Of a stretch of 64,000 bases of DNA, positions 63,468-64,000 are shown piece by piece (position 1 is the first letter of the stretch; each line of letters begins with the position of its first letter). The notes under the pieces are model-generated. The model saw only the letters and a list, made by a program, of their open reading frames with translations. It was not told where the DNA came from and did not search any database. This DNA comes from Octopus vulgaris. Its lineage: Eukaryota. The translations under genes were made by a program, and so were the position numbers. Location of the stretch: NCBI GenBank assembly GCA_951406725.2, contig OX597831.1, positions 42,656,001 through 42,720,000 on the forward strand. The letters run 5' to 3'.

Positions 63468-64000
63468 TCTCTCATTTTCTTTCTCTTTTTCCTTCGCTCT
63501 CCTCATTTAATCAATTTACGCTTCACTGAGCAAAGACAGTCCTCCCGGGGCTTTAACTAAACCAAATTTCAGTTGAATATTTTGGGTTTCAAAGGAAGGC
63601 AAAGGCGAAGGGAAAGAATTACAAAACACAAACATAAATAAAATAGATTACAGAGAGCCAAGACAATTAAAAACAGAATCAAACAAAAACCAATCACCCA
63701 TACTTCATTTCCAATTAACTGACGAGTATTCATATAAATTTTGAAATCGATGAAAAAAAAAAAGTAAAAGAAAAAATAAATTTTAAAAATCATTATTTCA
63801 CCACCACCACCGCTTCCGCTACCATTTACCCTTCCAGAATGGAAGAAGTCGATAGTTTCAAGAAATATCTTGCCAAAAATTTTGAGAAAAAATGTGTTCC
63901 CTATCAATCTATCTGATTTTTCGTTCATCATCATCATCATATATAAATATATGTGTGTATGTATGTATGTATGTATGTATGTATGTATGTATGTATGTAT

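Noticed and set aside
63569-63940. 123-aa hydrophobic ORF
   Set aside because: Low-complexity T-rich sequence that starts in an (ATG)n microsatellite, with no recognisable domain.

Overview
This is AT-rich eukaryotic DNA full of microsatellites. The SINE families and repeat content suggest an octopod cephalopod (Octopus-like); that is an inference and the species cannot be fixed from the sequence. One protein-coding gene can be built, on the minus strand, from four coding exons (41705-41570, 28895-28131, 25248-24644, 21409-21392). Splice sites are canonical and the phases (1, 1, 0) are compatible. The product is a ~507-aa secreted, very acidic prepropeptide carrying KR-AKEVLMFGNQQNSPRV-KK, i.e. 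a GNQQNxP/GNXQN (insect prohormone-2/NVP-like) neuropeptide precursor; a candidate non-coding 5' exon lies at 52623-52566. The rest is tRNA-derived SINEs, Tc1/mariner, Helitron, hAT and Penelope-like remnants, fold-back elements and microsatellites, and most ORF-track entries are microsatellite artefacts. The most unusual signal is about ten dispersed minimal type-I hammerhead ribozyme motifs, several inside fold-back or direct-repeat elements. They include canonical cores (57952, 36937, 7302), a G3-C8 covariant core inside a perfect 116-bp palindrome (46693), and U4C and 8-nt insertion variants. All RNA structures were paired by eye, and repeat boundaries are approximate.
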